Sequence record: SRR31156797_15306
Length of the DNA stretch: 48,759 nt
Direction: 5' to 3' (one strand)
Numbering within the stretch: the stretch's first letter is position 1; the number at the start of each line of letters is the position of its first letter. The notes under the pieces are model-generated. The model worked only from the letters and a program-made list of their open reading frames with translations, searched no databases and had not been told where the DNA came from. A program made the translations under genes and the position numbers. Positions 20,617 to 30,542 of the stretch are shown here, one piece after another.

Positions 20617-21837
20617 TTATCTCAACATAGACAAAACTTGTTCTAGTTTTTCCATGAGGTAATCAATTTCTTCTTTGGTATTATACATTGCAAATGATGC
20701 GCGGACTGTTCCGGGAACTCCATACCAATCATGTAATGGCTGAGTACAATGATTTCCTGTACGAACCGCTATACCTGTTTTATCAAGCAAAACGCCAATG
20801 TCATATGGATGCACCCCATCAACTACAAACGACATAACACTACTTTTTTGCTCTGCAGTTCCAATTATTTGAACCCCATCAAAAGCTAAAATTTTTTCTG
20901 AGGCATATTTTAAAAGCACCTCTTCATAATCGCTTATAGATTTAATTCCAATTTTATTTACAAAATCTAACGCAGTACCTAATGCAATAGCTCCAACATA
21001 ATCAGGAGTGCCTGCCTCAAATTTAAATGGTAATTCGTTATAAGTGGTCTTTTCAAATGTTACATTCTCAATCATCTCACCTCCACCCTGCCAGGGAGGA
21101 AGTTTCTCCAACCACTTTTCTTTTCCGTATAGTATTCCGATACCAGTAGGAGCATATATTTTATGACCTGAAAACACATAAAAGTCGGCATCTAAGTCCT
21201 GCACATCAACAATTGTATGTTGCACTGCCTGAGCCCCATCAACCAGTACTGGAATTTCTTGTGCATGTGCTAATGCAATCATTTCTTTCACTGGATTAAT
21301 GGTTCCCAGTGTATTTGAAATATGTGTGAAGGCAACAATTTTTACTTTATCCGATAAAGCTTTTTTATATGATTCAATATCTAAAACTCCATTTTTATGA
21401 ATATCCACAACCTTAAGCTGGGCTCCATATCTTTCACAAGCCATTTGCCATGGTACAATATTAGAATGGTGCTCCATACGTGTAATCACTATCTCATCTC
21501 CTTTCTTCAAAGCTTGTTGAGAAAAAGTTTGAGCTACCAAATTTATTGATTCAGTTGTACCTCTGGTAAAAACAACCTCATGAGAATGAGCAGCATTTAA
21601 GAACTTTTGAACTTTCCTACGAGCCGTCTCAGTGGCCTCTGTACATTGTGAACTCAAAAAATGAACACCCCTATGAATATTAGCATTATATTTCTGATAA
21701 TATTCATTCAAAATGTCAATTACAGGCTGTGGCTTTTGCGTAGTTGCAGCATTATCAAGATAGACAAGTGGTTTATTATACACTTGTTCTTCCAAAATTG
21801 GAAATGCTTTTCTTACGGTAGCAATATTAAAACTCAT
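20617..21837 (-). CDS. sufS: Cysteine desulfurase (group II)
   Basis: YLDNAATTQKP, NIHRG.H, EHHSN.VPW, SGHK, FEAGTP, RTGNHC. Confidence 0.96.
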   Translation of the reverse strand: MSFNIATVRKAFPILEEQVYNKPLVYLDNAATTQKPQPVIDILNEYYQKYNANIHRGVHFLSSQCTEATETARRKVQKFLNAAHSHEVVFTRGTTESINLVAQTFSQQALKKGDEIVITRMEHHSNIVPWQMACERYGAQLKVVDIHKNGVLDIESYKKALSDKVKIVAFTHISNTLGTINPVKEMIALAHAQEIPVLVDGAQAVQHTIVDVQDLDADFYVFSGHKIYAPTGIGILYGKEKWLEKLPPWQGGGEMIENVTFEKTTYNELPFKFEAGTPDYVGAIALGTALDFVNKIGIKSISDYEEVLLKYASEKILAFDGVQIIGTAEQKSSVMSFVVDGVHPYDIGVLLDKTGIAVRTGNHCTQPLHDWYGVPGTVRASFAMYNTKEEIDYLMEKLEQVLSMLR

Positions 21838-21864
21838 ATTGAGTGATTGGGGTTTATATAATTT

Positions 21865-23217
21865 CTAGTGACACTGAATCTCACAATTATTGCATCGTGA
21901 TAATTCACCTCGTAAACGTTTATTTACAAGATCTTCAATACGATCTGCAAGCGGTTTCACTTTCACCTTTTCAATCACTTCAAATGCAAATGCATACATC
22001 AGCAGAAGCTTAGCTTCTCTCGTATTGATACCACGTTGTTGCATATAAAATAGTGCATCATCATCCATTTGACCGGTTGTAGCTCCATGTGAACATTTCA
22101 CATCGTCAGCATAAATCTCTAACTGCGGACGGCTATTTGAAGAAGCCTCATCAGTCAATAATAAGCTTTTATTACTTTGATACGCATTGGTATGTTGAGC
22201 ATCAGGATGAACTAAAATTCTTCCGGTAAAAGCTGTTGATGATTTTTCATCTAAAACGCTTTTAAAGAACTGGTTACTTGTGCAGTTTGGCACACAATGC
22301 TCAATAAATGTTTGATTATCTACATGTTGCTCTCTATCAGTTAATGATAGACCAGAAGCATCAGCATGTGCTCCTTCACCCACTAGCGCAATACGTAAAT
22401 TATTCCTAATGATTCCTCCATGCAAACTAATAGTGCTGGAGTGAAAAGTCCCATCTTTATGCACATTAGCAAATACAGATGTAATTTGAGAAGACCCGTT
22501 ATGTTGATTTTGAATATTGTAATATTCTAAAAGTGCACCTTCGCCCACAACAACTTCAGTTACACTATTGTCAAAAAACCTTTCAGCGCTTAGCGTATGA
22601 TCACAAATTACAATTTGAGCATGAGATCTCTCTTCAGCCACAATCAAATGACGCTTATGTGTAAGCAATGGCTTATCACCCAACAACAAGTTTACAACTT
22701 GAATTGGTTTTTCAAATACTGCACCTTTGGGCACATAAATAAATAACCCATCAACAGACATTGTTCTGTTTAAAGCAATAAGACTGTCTGTATTTTGAGT
22801 TGCTTGTTTGTAAAGGTGTTTTTTTACCAGTTCAGGATGTTTTTTGCTCATTTCAGCCAATCCTCCGATGATCATCCCCTCAGGCAAAGTGCTTTCATCT
22901 CCCTGAAACTCATAATATTGACCATTTACAGTTAAAACAATGTTTGTGTCAAGGTTAGGTACATCACAACGGAAAATATCTTCAATATTCTTGAAAGGAT
23001 AGGGTGCATTATAATCAGGCAACATCCATTCTTGATTGTATAAGGGCAACAAATTAGTGTATTTGTAGTCCTCATTTTTAATGCTTGGAATCCCCTTTTT
23101 GCTGAAAATATCTCGTGCTTCTTGCCTTCCACTATTCATTACCTCACTTGACAATGACTCCACAGTTTCAACATTATCTGCAACAAGTTGATTATATTTT
23201 GAATTTAAATCTGCCAT
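21865..23217 (-). CDS. sufD: Fe-S cluster assembly protein SufD (start at ATG 23217)
   Basis: G.P..KNEDYKYT, PQLEIYADDVKCSHGAT.G, FY..QRGI; the ORF-track start overlaps sufC so the downstream ATG is preferred. Confidence 0.95.
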   Translation of the reverse strand: MADLNSKYNQLVADNVETVESLSSEVMNSGRQEARDIFSKKGIPSIKNEDYKYTNLLPLYNQEWMLPDYNAPYPFKNIEDIFRCDVPNLDTNIVLTVNGQYYEFQGDESTLPEGMIIGGLAEMSKKHPELVKKHLYKQATQNTDSLIALNRTMSVDGLFIYVPKGAVFEKPIQVVNLLLGDKPLLTHKRHLIVAEERSHAQIVICDHTLSAERFFDNSVTEVVVGEGALLEYYNIQNQHNGSSQITSVFANVHKDGTFHSSTISLHGGIIRNNLRIALVGEGAHADASGLSLTDREQHVDNQTFIEHCVPNCTSNQFFKSVLDEKSSTAFTGRILVHPDAQHTNAYQSNKSLLLTDEASSNSRPQLEIYADDVKCSHGATTGQMDDDALFYMQQRGINTREAKLLLMYAFAFEVIEKVKVKPLADRIEDLVNKRLRGELSRCNNCEIQCH

Positions 23218-23227
23218 AGTCGAAATT

Positions 23228-23980
23228 TTAAGCTTCCATTTCTTTCTTAATCCAGTCGTAACCATGTTTCTCAAGGTCAAGTGCTAATTCTTTACCACCT
23301 GACTTCACAATTTTACCCTCATAAAGTATATGTACTACATCAGGTACAATATAGTCAAGCAAACGCTGGTAGTGCGTAATTACGATTGTAGAGTTCTCAG
23401 GTGTCTTTAATTTATTTACACCATTGGCTACAATTCTAAGCGCATCGATATCCAAGCCAGAATCAGTTTCGTCCAAAATACTCAATTTTGGTTCAAGCAT
23501 GGCCATTTGGAAAATCTCATTTTTCTTTTTTTCTCCTCCACTAAAACCCTCATTCACGCTACGGTTAGTCAACCTTGAATCAATCTCTACCAAAGCTTTT
23601 TTATCACGTAATACTTTCAAGAAATCTGATGATTTTAATTCCGGTTCTCCCCTATGCTTGCGAATTTCATTAACTGCTGCACGCATAAAATTAACCATGC
23701 TCACGCCTGGTATCTCAACAGGATATTGAAAGCTAAGGAATAGTCCTTCTTTTGCTCTTTCATCGGGTTCCTTTTCTAATAAATCTTCACCTAAAAATGT
23801 CACTTCTCCATCAGTCACATCAAATATATCACGACCTGCCAGCACTGAAGCCAGGGTACTTTTACCGGAACCATTGGGCCCCATAATGGCATGTACTTCG
23901 CCAGGTTTAACTTCAAGGTTGATTCCCTTTAATATTTCTTGTCCCTCAATTGAGGCGTGTAAGTTTTTTATTGATAACAT
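23228..23980 (-). CDS. sufC: Fe-S cluster assembly ATPase
   Basis: [55 protein letters not shown]. Confidence 0.98.
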   Translation of the reverse strand: MLSIKNLHASIEGQEILKGINLEVKPGEVHAIMGPNGSGKSTLASVLAGRDIFDVTDGEVTFLGEDLLEKEPDERAKEGLFLSFQYPVEIPGVSMVNFMRAAVNEIRKHRGEPELKSSDFLKVLRDKKALVEIDSRLTNRSVNEGFSGGEKKKNEIFQMAMLEPKLSILDETDSGLDIDALRIVANGVNKLKTPENSTIVITHYQRLLDYIVPDVVHILYEGKIVKSGGKELALDLEKHGYDWIKKEMEA

Positions 23981-24012
23981 GTTATTATGATTTGCTAATT
24001 GATATCTAATTT

Positions 24013-25461
24013 TTATCCAACACTTCCTTCCAAACTTATTTGAAGTAATTTCTGAGCTTCAACGGCAAATTCCATTGGCAATTTATTAATTACTTCTTTG
24101 GCATAACCATTTACAATCATTCCAATGGCATCTTCTGTTGAGATACCTCTCTGATTGCAATAAAAAATTTGATCTTCACCAATTTTTGAAGTGGTTGCTT
24201 CGTGTTCTACCTGTGCAGATTCATTGTTGATTGTAAGGTATGGGAAAGTATGCGCTCCGCATTTATCTCCAAGCAATAAACTATCACACTGTGAAAAGTT
24301 ACGTGCATTTTCTGCTCTTTTAATTACTTTAACCAATCCACGATAGCTATTCTGACTTTTACCTGCCGAAATACCTTTTGAAATGATCGTACTTTTCGTA
24401 TTTTTTCCCAAATGAATCATTTTAGTGCCGGTATCAGCTTGTTGATGATTATTTGTAACTGCCACAGAATAAAATTCGCCAACAGAATTGTCACCCATCA
24501 ACACACAACTTGGATATTTCCATGTGATGGCCGAACCGGTTTCAACCTGTGTCCAACTAATTTTTGAATTATTCCCTTTTGCAATTCCACGCTTAGTAAC
24601 AAAATTGTAGATTCCACCAACACCTTCACTGTTGCCCGGATACCAGTTTTGAACGGTGGAGTATTTTACCTCTGCATTTTCCATTGCCACAATCTCCACA
24701 ATAGCCGCATGCAATTGGTTTTCATCACGCATTGGAGCAGTACAACCCTCCAAATAACTCACATAGCTGTCATCGTCGGCAATAATAAGCGTACGCTCAA
24801 ATTGTCCGGTATTGGCAGCATTTATTCTGAAATAGGTTGACAGTTCCATTGGGCAACGCACCCCTTTGGGGATATACACAAATGATCCGTCAGAGAATAC
24901 TGCTGAGTTCAATGCCCCGAAGAAATTATCATCTGGTGGCACCACAGTTCCAAGGTATTTCTTTACTAAATCAGGATGTTCTTTCACTGCCTCGCTAATA
25001 GAGCAGAAAATTATACCTTTCTCAGCCAGGTTTTCCTTAAATGTTGTTTTCACAGATGTGCTATCCATTACGGCATCAACAGCTACACCAGCCAGAACTT
25101 TCTGTTCTTCCAAAGGAATCCCGAGTTTGTTGAACGTTTCAATCAATTCAGGATCAACGTCATCCATTGAGTCTAATTTCGGTTTCTGTTTAGGTGCCGA
25201 GTAATAAATTATATCTTGAAAATCTATTTCAGGAATTTTAAGGTGTGCCCAATCTGGCGTCTCCATTTCCTTCCACTTACGAAAAGCATCGAGTCGATAC
25301 TCCAACATAAATTCCGGTTCATTCTTTTTAGCTGAAATCTGACGAATTGTATCTTCATTCAATCCTTTGGGCAATGCATCAGCCTCAATTTCAGTTACAA
25401 AACCATATTTATATTCGTTCGTCGTTACTTCGTCTAATATTTTATCTTGTTCACTGGCCAT
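24013..25461 (-). CDS. sufB: Fe-S cluster assembly protein SufB
   Basis: [50 protein letters not shown]....LEGSVG. Confidence 0.98.
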   Translation of the reverse strand: MASEQDKILDEVTTNEYKYGFVTEIEADALPKGLNEDTIRQISAKKNEPEFMLEYRLDAFRKWKEMETPDWAHLKIPEIDFQDIIYYSAPKQKPKLDSMDDVDPELIETFNKLGIPLEEQKVLAGVAVDAVMDSTSVKTTFKENLAEKGIIFCSISEAVKEHPDLVKKYLGTVVPPDDNFFGALNSAVFSDGSFVYIPKGVRCPMELSTYFRINAANTGQFERTLIIADDDSYVSYLEGCTAPMRDENQLHAAIVEIVAMENAEVKYSTVQNWYPGNSEGVGGIYNFVTKRGIAKGNNSKISWTQVETGSAITWKYPSCVLMGDNSVGEFYSVAVTNNHQQADTGTKMIHLGKNTKSTIISKGISAGKSQNSYRGLVKVIKRAENARNFSQCDSLLLGDKCGAHTFPYLTINNESAQVEHEATTSKIGEDQIFYCNQRGISTEDAIGMIVNGYAKEVINKLPMEFAVEAQKLLQISLEGSVG

Positions 25462-25478
25462 AAGCCCTACTATTATAT

Positions 25479-25499
25479 TATTTTTAATTAATCTAAATA
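25479..25499. promoter_or_regulatory. Putative Fur-like operator upstream of sufB
   Basis: Imperfect palindrome TATTTTTAATTAATCTAAATA 17 nt upstream of the sufB start. Confidence 0.4.
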
Positions 25500-25715
25500 C
25501 ACAAAATACATTCCAAATGTATAAAAAAAAACAAGTGTTTATATAGCATTTTTCGCCACAAAAATAATGATTTCAAATTCATACACTTTGTATCATTGGT
25601 TACAAGTTTTTGTTAAAATTGTTTTAATTTCAACACTAACTATTGTTTTCGGCACGTTTTTGATATCAAATGCTTGAATTTGACCTTAAAAATTATGTGT
25701 TCAACTCTTAATGAG

Positions 25716-25723
25716 TATATTTG
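25716..25723 (+). promoter_or_regulatory. -7 promoter box
   Basis: TATATTTG fits TAnnTTTG; implies the true start is ATG 25771. Confidence 0.55.
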
Positions 25724-25770
25724 CCATTATTTTTCAAAAAGAGAAATTCATTGAAAAACGAATCAATAAA

Positions 25771-26709
25771 ATGAATACCGAAAATTTTGATCACAACCTT
25801 ACGGATAGCAACGGAAGCAAAAACCGTTCAAATCTATTTTATAATATTACGCTTGCCATTTTGACACTTGCCGTTATTGGTTTGGCCTGGCTTTATTACA
25901 CTGAAAAAGAGAAAAACAAAGTACAGGTACAGGAAAATGTTGTGCTAAACATCAAAAAAGACAGTCTGGAAAACAATCTGGAGAATATGATTGCAGAATA
26001 TGAATCATTGCAAACTAACAATGAGGAAGTAAATAAGGAATTATTGGCAGAAAAAGAGCGTGTGCAGGAATTACTTACAAAATTAAGAAACGAGCGCTAT
26101 TATAGTCGTGCAAAATTTAAAGAGTACGAAAAAGAATTGGGTACTATGCGTAAAATTATGCGTAGTTATATTGTACAAATAGACTCTTTGAACCAAAGCA
26201 ATATTGCATTAAGGCAAGAGAACAGGCAGGTTCGTACTAAATATAAAGATGTACAAACGAAAAACGAAGAGCTTACTACACAGGTTGAAGAAGCATCTCA
26301 AAAAGTAGAGGTTGCATCCATTTTAAGAGCCATCAATATTGTTTCTGTGGGATTGAATGAAAACGGAAAAGAAAGAAGCCGCACTAAGCAAATCAATAAA
26401 TTCAGAGCTTGTTTTACTATTGATCAAAACCGTGTAGTTGAGGCAGGTGCAAAAACTATTTATCTTCGAATAATTTCACCGGCTGATTTTGTGATGGAAA
26501 ATCAACAATTAGATTCGGTAAAGGTTAATAATATAAATGTGATGTATTCTGCCAAACGTGATTTAGAATACAATAACGAAGCAATTGATATGTGTATTTA
26601 TTACCAGGTTTATGAGGCACTTCCTCCGGGAATTTATAAATTTGAAATAATACATGGAAATCATATTATTGGTACATCACAAATGGAACTTAAGAAGTCA
26701 ATTTTCTAG
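25771..26709 (+). CDS. Single-pass membrane protein with long coiled coil and C-terminal beta-sandwich (unknown function)
   Basis: TM helix YNITLAILTLAVIGLAWLYY, heptad-rich middle, C-terminal C.F....N.....G.K.IY.RI..P / G.Y.FEI. Confidence 0.8.
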   Translation: MNTENFDHNLTDSNGSKNRSNLFYNITLAILTLAVIGLAWLYYTEKEKNKVQVQENVVLNIKKDSLENNLENMIAEYESLQTNNEEVNKELLAEKERVQELLTKLRNERYYSRAKFKEYEKELGTMRKIMRSYIVQIDSLNQSNIALRQENRQVRTKYKDVQTKNEELTTQVEEASQKVEVASILRAINIVSVGLNENGKERSRTKQINKFRACFTIDQNRVVEAGAKTIYLRIISPADFVMENQQLDSVKVNNINVMYSAKRDLEYNNEAIDMCIYYQVYEALPPGIYKFEIIHGNHIIGTSQMELKKSIF

Positions 26710-26712
26710 TAT

Positions 26713-27738
26713 ATGATACTTATCACTGGTGCTACCGGTTTATTAGGTAGTCACCTTACATATCACCTTCTCAAGCAAGGACATCAGGTCAGGCTTTTAA
26801 TAAGAAATGAAGCCAGAAAAGATCGATTGTCCAAAACATTTAGCTTTTACAATGCCAGTTTGTCTGATTTTGAAAATCAAATTCAATATGCCGAAGGTGA
26901 TGTAACTGATGTATACTCATTAGAAAATGCTATGGCCAATGATATTGATATTGTGTTTCATTGTGCCGGATTGGTTTCCTTTTCTCCACTAGATAAGCGT
27001 AAACTGCTAAATATCAACCAGGAAGGCACTGAAAACATGATCAATGCCTCCTTAGAAGCCAATGTAAAAAAGTTTGTATACGTTAGCTCAATTGCAGCTT
27101 TGGGTGAAAGTACAAGCCCAATGATCAATGAACACAACCAACATTTTGAGTATAACCCTACATCGGTATATGGCAACTCAAAACACTATGCTGAATTAGA
27201 GGTTTGGCGAGGCGTAGAAGAAGGATTAGATACCGTAATTGTAAATCCTACTGTAATAGTTGGCCCTGGTGAATGGGATCAGGGAAGTCCGCGATTTTTT
27301 CGAACCGTTTGGAAGGGCATGCCATTTTTCACCACCGGAAGTACCGGTTTTGTTGATGTGCGTGATGTGTGCAGAATTATGACAGATTTGGCCTTCAGTG
27401 AAGTAAAGAATCAACAGTTTATTCTCAATAACGAAAACCTCAATTACAAGCAATTTTTTAGTATGGTGGCAGACCAGCTCAGCGTCCGCCGTCCACGTTT
27501 TGAAGCCCAACCATGGATGATGTACGCCATTGCAGGAATTATGGGTTTTTTCAGTAAAATTACCCGCCGACCGGCCCAAATTAACGCTGACACAGCTGTT
27601 TCAGCCTTTACCAAAACATTGTACGATAATTCCAAAATACAGGAAACCTTACAAACCAATCTCAAAGGTATAGAAGAAGCCATCTCATTTACCGCCAGTT
27701 GCTTTTTGCAGGATATCAAGAAGACTTCGGCTGAGTAA
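26713..27738 (+). CDS. NAD-dependent epimerase/dehydratase (extended SDR)
   Basis: ILITGATGLLG, HCAG.VS, YVSSIAALG, YG.SK..AE, VIVNP....G. Confidence 0.92.
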   Translation: MILITGATGLLGSHLTYHLLKQGHQVRLLIRNEARKDRLSKTFSFYNASLSDFENQIQYAEGDVTDVYSLENAMANDIDIVFHCAGLVSFSPLDKRKLLNINQEGTENMINASLEANVKKFVYVSSIAALGESTSPMINEHNQHFEYNPTSVYGNSKHYAELEVWRGVEEGLDTVIVNPTVIVGPGEWDQGSPRFFRTVWKGMPFFTTGSTGFVDVRDVCRIMTDLAFSEVKNQQFILNNENLNYKQFFSMVADQLSVRRPRFEAQPWMMYAIAGIMGFFSKITRRPAQINADTAVSAFTKTLYDNSKIQETLQTNLKGIEEAISFTASCFLQDIKKTSAE

Positions 27739-27764
27739 ATTGAAAACATTTTGATTTGAATTCT

Positions 27765-27875
27765 AACCATTAAGAAGTTAAGGTTCATTAAGAACAATGT
27801 CTCAGGTAGAGTCTAACAACAAGTCTTATATCCACTTAATGATAGGACTTAATTATTCTTAACTTCTTAATGGTT
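27765..27875. repeat. REPIN/MITE-like element with 18-bp terminal inverted repeats
   Basis: AACCATTAAGAAGTTAAG (27765-27782) and its perfect reverse complement CTTAACTTCTTAATGGTT (27858-27875). Confidence 0.8.
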
Positions 27876-27942
27876 TTAAAATGTCTTATTAATTGGCATT
27901 ATTCCTTTTTTATAGTAAATTCAATTTGCAAAATTTTAGAAC

Positions 27943-29004
27943 ATGGCCAGATTTTTAAAAAACAGGGAAAAAACACGTGGGCAATCACCTGGATCATTGA
28001 TTTTTCAAGGAGAAAAAAAGCAAGATAACGCTAAAATAACTCTTCGCACCTACAATGAAACATCATTAGAGGAAGAAGAAATTAGTCTTGATGAACTAAA
28101 TGGTGATCTAACTCCTGGATTTATACAGTGGATTAATGTAGATGGTTTACATGAAACAAATGTGATAAAAAAAATTGGAGAAGTTTTTAATATTTCGACA
28201 TTAGCTTTGGAAGATATTCTGAATACCGACCAACGACCGCGCTATTTTGAAGACGAACATCAATTGATAGTGATCATGAAAGCCCTAATGCTTAATAAAG
28301 AGACGGAATTTGTTGATGCTGAGCAGGTTTCATTTGTTGTTGGAAAAGACTATTTAATCAGTTTTCAGGAAAAATCTACGCCTATATTTGATGATTTGCT
28401 TTACAGATTAAGAAACAATAGAGGCCGATTAAGGAAGGCGGGCTCTGATTATCTTGCATATGCACTAATGGATACTTTAGTAGACAGCTATATTCTTAAT
28501 ATTGAGGCGTATGGTCGCATTATTGAAGATTATGAAAAGGAATTATTGCACCCCACACAAAAGCTCTCTGAAGCCATTTTCAAACATAAAACAGAAATAG
28601 CTTTTTTCAGAAAAAATATAAGGCCGCTTAAAGAGGTAACAAACCGCTTTCAAAAGTCAGAATCCGGTCTCATAAAAAAAGCCACAAGACAACATTATAT
28701 TCCTGATTTAGATGACCTTGTAACACAAGCCCTGGATGCCATCGAGATTTATTATACCATGGTAGCTGATCAACTAAATATTTATAACACAAATGTCACC
28801 AATCGGGCAAATGATGTTATGAAAGTATTAACCATTTTTGCTGCCATTTTTATTCCCTTAACATTCATTGCCGGAGTTTATGGAACCAACTTCAAATACG
28901 TACCTGAATTGGATTTCAAATATGGATATTTTGGCATGTGGGGCATTATGATTGTGGTTGCTGGAATTATGTTAATTTACTTTAAAAGAAAGGGTTGGCT
29001 GTAG
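27943..29004 (+). CDS. corA: Magnesium/cobalt transporter CorA family
   Basis: WINVDGLH, LEDILN..QRP, EQVS, N.VMKVLTI...IFIPLTFIAG.YGTNF..PEL. Confidence 0.93.
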   Translation: MARFLKNREKTRGQSPGSLIFQGEKKQDNAKITLRTYNETSLEEEEISLDELNGDLTPGFIQWINVDGLHETNVIKKIGEVFNISTLALEDILNTDQRPRYFEDEHQLIVIMKALMLNKETEFVDAEQVSFVVGKDYLISFQEKSTPIFDDLLYRLRNNRGRLRKAGSDYLAYALMDTLVDSYILNIEAYGRIIEDYEKELLHPTQKLSEAIFKHKTEIAFFRKNIRPLKEVTNRFQKSESGLIKKATRQHYIPDLDDLVTQALDAIEIYYTMVADQLNIYNTNVTNRANDVMKVLTIFAAIFIPLTFIAGVYGTNFKYVPELDFKYGYFGMWGIMIVVAGIMLIYFKRKGWL

Positions 29005-29132
29005 TTTTTAGAAAATTTTCCTGTTCTTTTTAAATAGATATCAACAATAACCCAATTTTAACCTATTTTAACATTTTAACCCCACATTTTTTGTAACTTA
29101 GTTGCCCATTTTCATAAAACTATTATAACGAT

Positions 29133-29927
29133 ATGCAAGCATATCTTGATTTATTGCAACACGTATTGGACAACGGTGTAGAGAAGTCAGACAGGACGGG
29201 AACTGGAACAATTTCTGTGTTTGGACACCAATTTCGTGTTGATCTTTCAGAAGGATTTCCTGTTACAACCACAAAAAAACTTCATCTCCGTTCAATTATT
29301 CACGAATTATTATGGTTTTTGAAGGGTTCAACCAACATAGCTTACCTAAAAGAAAATAACGTTCGCATTTGGAACGAATGGGCTGATGAGGACGGCAATC
29401 TCGGTCCTGTGTATGGTTACCAATGGCGCAGCTGGCCAACACCAGACGGAAAACATGTCGATCAAATTACGCAACTAATAGACGGACTGAAGAAAAACCC
29501 GGACTCACGAAGACACCTGGTTTCGGCATGGAATGTGGGACAAATTGATCAAATGGCACTACCGCCTTGTCATATCTTGTTTCAATTTTATGTTGCCAAT
29601 GGAAAGCTAAGCTGTCAGCTTTATCAGCGTAGTGCTGATTTATTCCTGGGTGTTCCTTTCAACATTGCTTCATATGCTTTATTAACATTAATGGTTGCAC
29701 AAGTTACAGGATATGAACCCGGTGATTTTGTACACACATTTGGTGATGCACATATTTATTTAAATCATATGGATCAGGTGAAATTGCAATTGCAAAGAGA
29801 ACCTTATCCGCTTCCTCAAATGAAAATTAATCCGGATGTGAAAAACATCTTTGATTTTAAATTTGAGGATTTTGAGTTAGTGAACTATGAGGCTCACCCA
29901 CACATTAAAGGAGAGGTGTCAGTATGA
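29133..29927 (+). CDS. thyA: Thymidylate synthase
   Basis: [55 protein letters not shown]. Confidence 0.99.
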   Translation: MQAYLDLLQHVLDNGVEKSDRTGTGTISVFGHQFRVDLSEGFPVTTTKKLHLRSIIHELLWFLKGSTNIAYLKENNVRIWNEWADEDGNLGPVYGYQWRSWPTPDGKHVDQITQLIDGLKKNPDSRRHLVSAWNVGQIDQMALPPCHILFQFYVANGKLSCQLYQRSADLFLGVPFNIASYALLTLMVAQVTGYEPGDFVHTFGDAHIYLNHMDQVKLQLQREPYPLPQMKINPDVKNIFDFKFEDFELVNYEAHPHIKGEVSV

Positions 29928-30424
29928 AACAAAATTATAAATTATCGATGATTGTGGCTACTGATACAAATAAAGGGATTGGTAAAGGCAATGATATGCC
30001 ATGGTATATTTCATCTGATTTAAAGCGCTTTAAAAAATTAACCACAGGACATCCTATTGTGATGGGACGTAAAACTTGGGAGTCGCTTCCCCAAAAACCA
30101 CTACCCAAAAGAGAAAACATTGTTCTTACACGCAATTTAAACTTTAGTGCTGAAGGAGCAACGGTGATTAATTCTGCAGGAGACCTAAAAAAACTCAATT
30201 TGAAGGGAGAGATCTTTATTATTGGAGGAGCGGAAGTGTACAGACTTTTTTATCCTCAGATTTCTAATCTTTATCTTACAAAAGTAAAAGATACATTTGA
30301 TTGTGATACTTATTTGGACTTTTTAGAAATGGACAATTGGGAAACACTAAATGAAAGTAAAGTACTAACTGATGAAAAATCAGGCACAATGTTTCAATTC
30401 ATCGACTTAAAGCGCAAGAAATAA
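29924..30424 (+). CDS. folA: Dihydrofolate reductase
   Basis: IG....MPW...D...[30 protein letters not shown] overlap with thyA. Confidence 0.97.
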   Translation: MKQNYKLSMIVATDTNKGIGKGNDMPWYISSDLKRFKKLTTGHPIVMGRKTWESLPQKPLPKRENIVLTRNLNFSAEGATVINSAGDLKKLNLKGEIFIIGGAEVYRLFYPQISNLYLTKVKDTFDCDTYLDFLEMDNWETLNESKVLTDEKSGTMFQFIDLKRKK

Positions 30425-30542
30425 CATAAATATAAAACCCAATTAATATCGAAATAAACTTTAAAAACAAACTTTACAGCTCTATTTACAAACAAAACAA
30501 AACAATAAAATAATTAAATGTCAAACTAAATTTTTATTTATT

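Noticed and set aside
24013-25461. Intein in SufB
   Set aside because: 482 aa, normal length and continuous motifs
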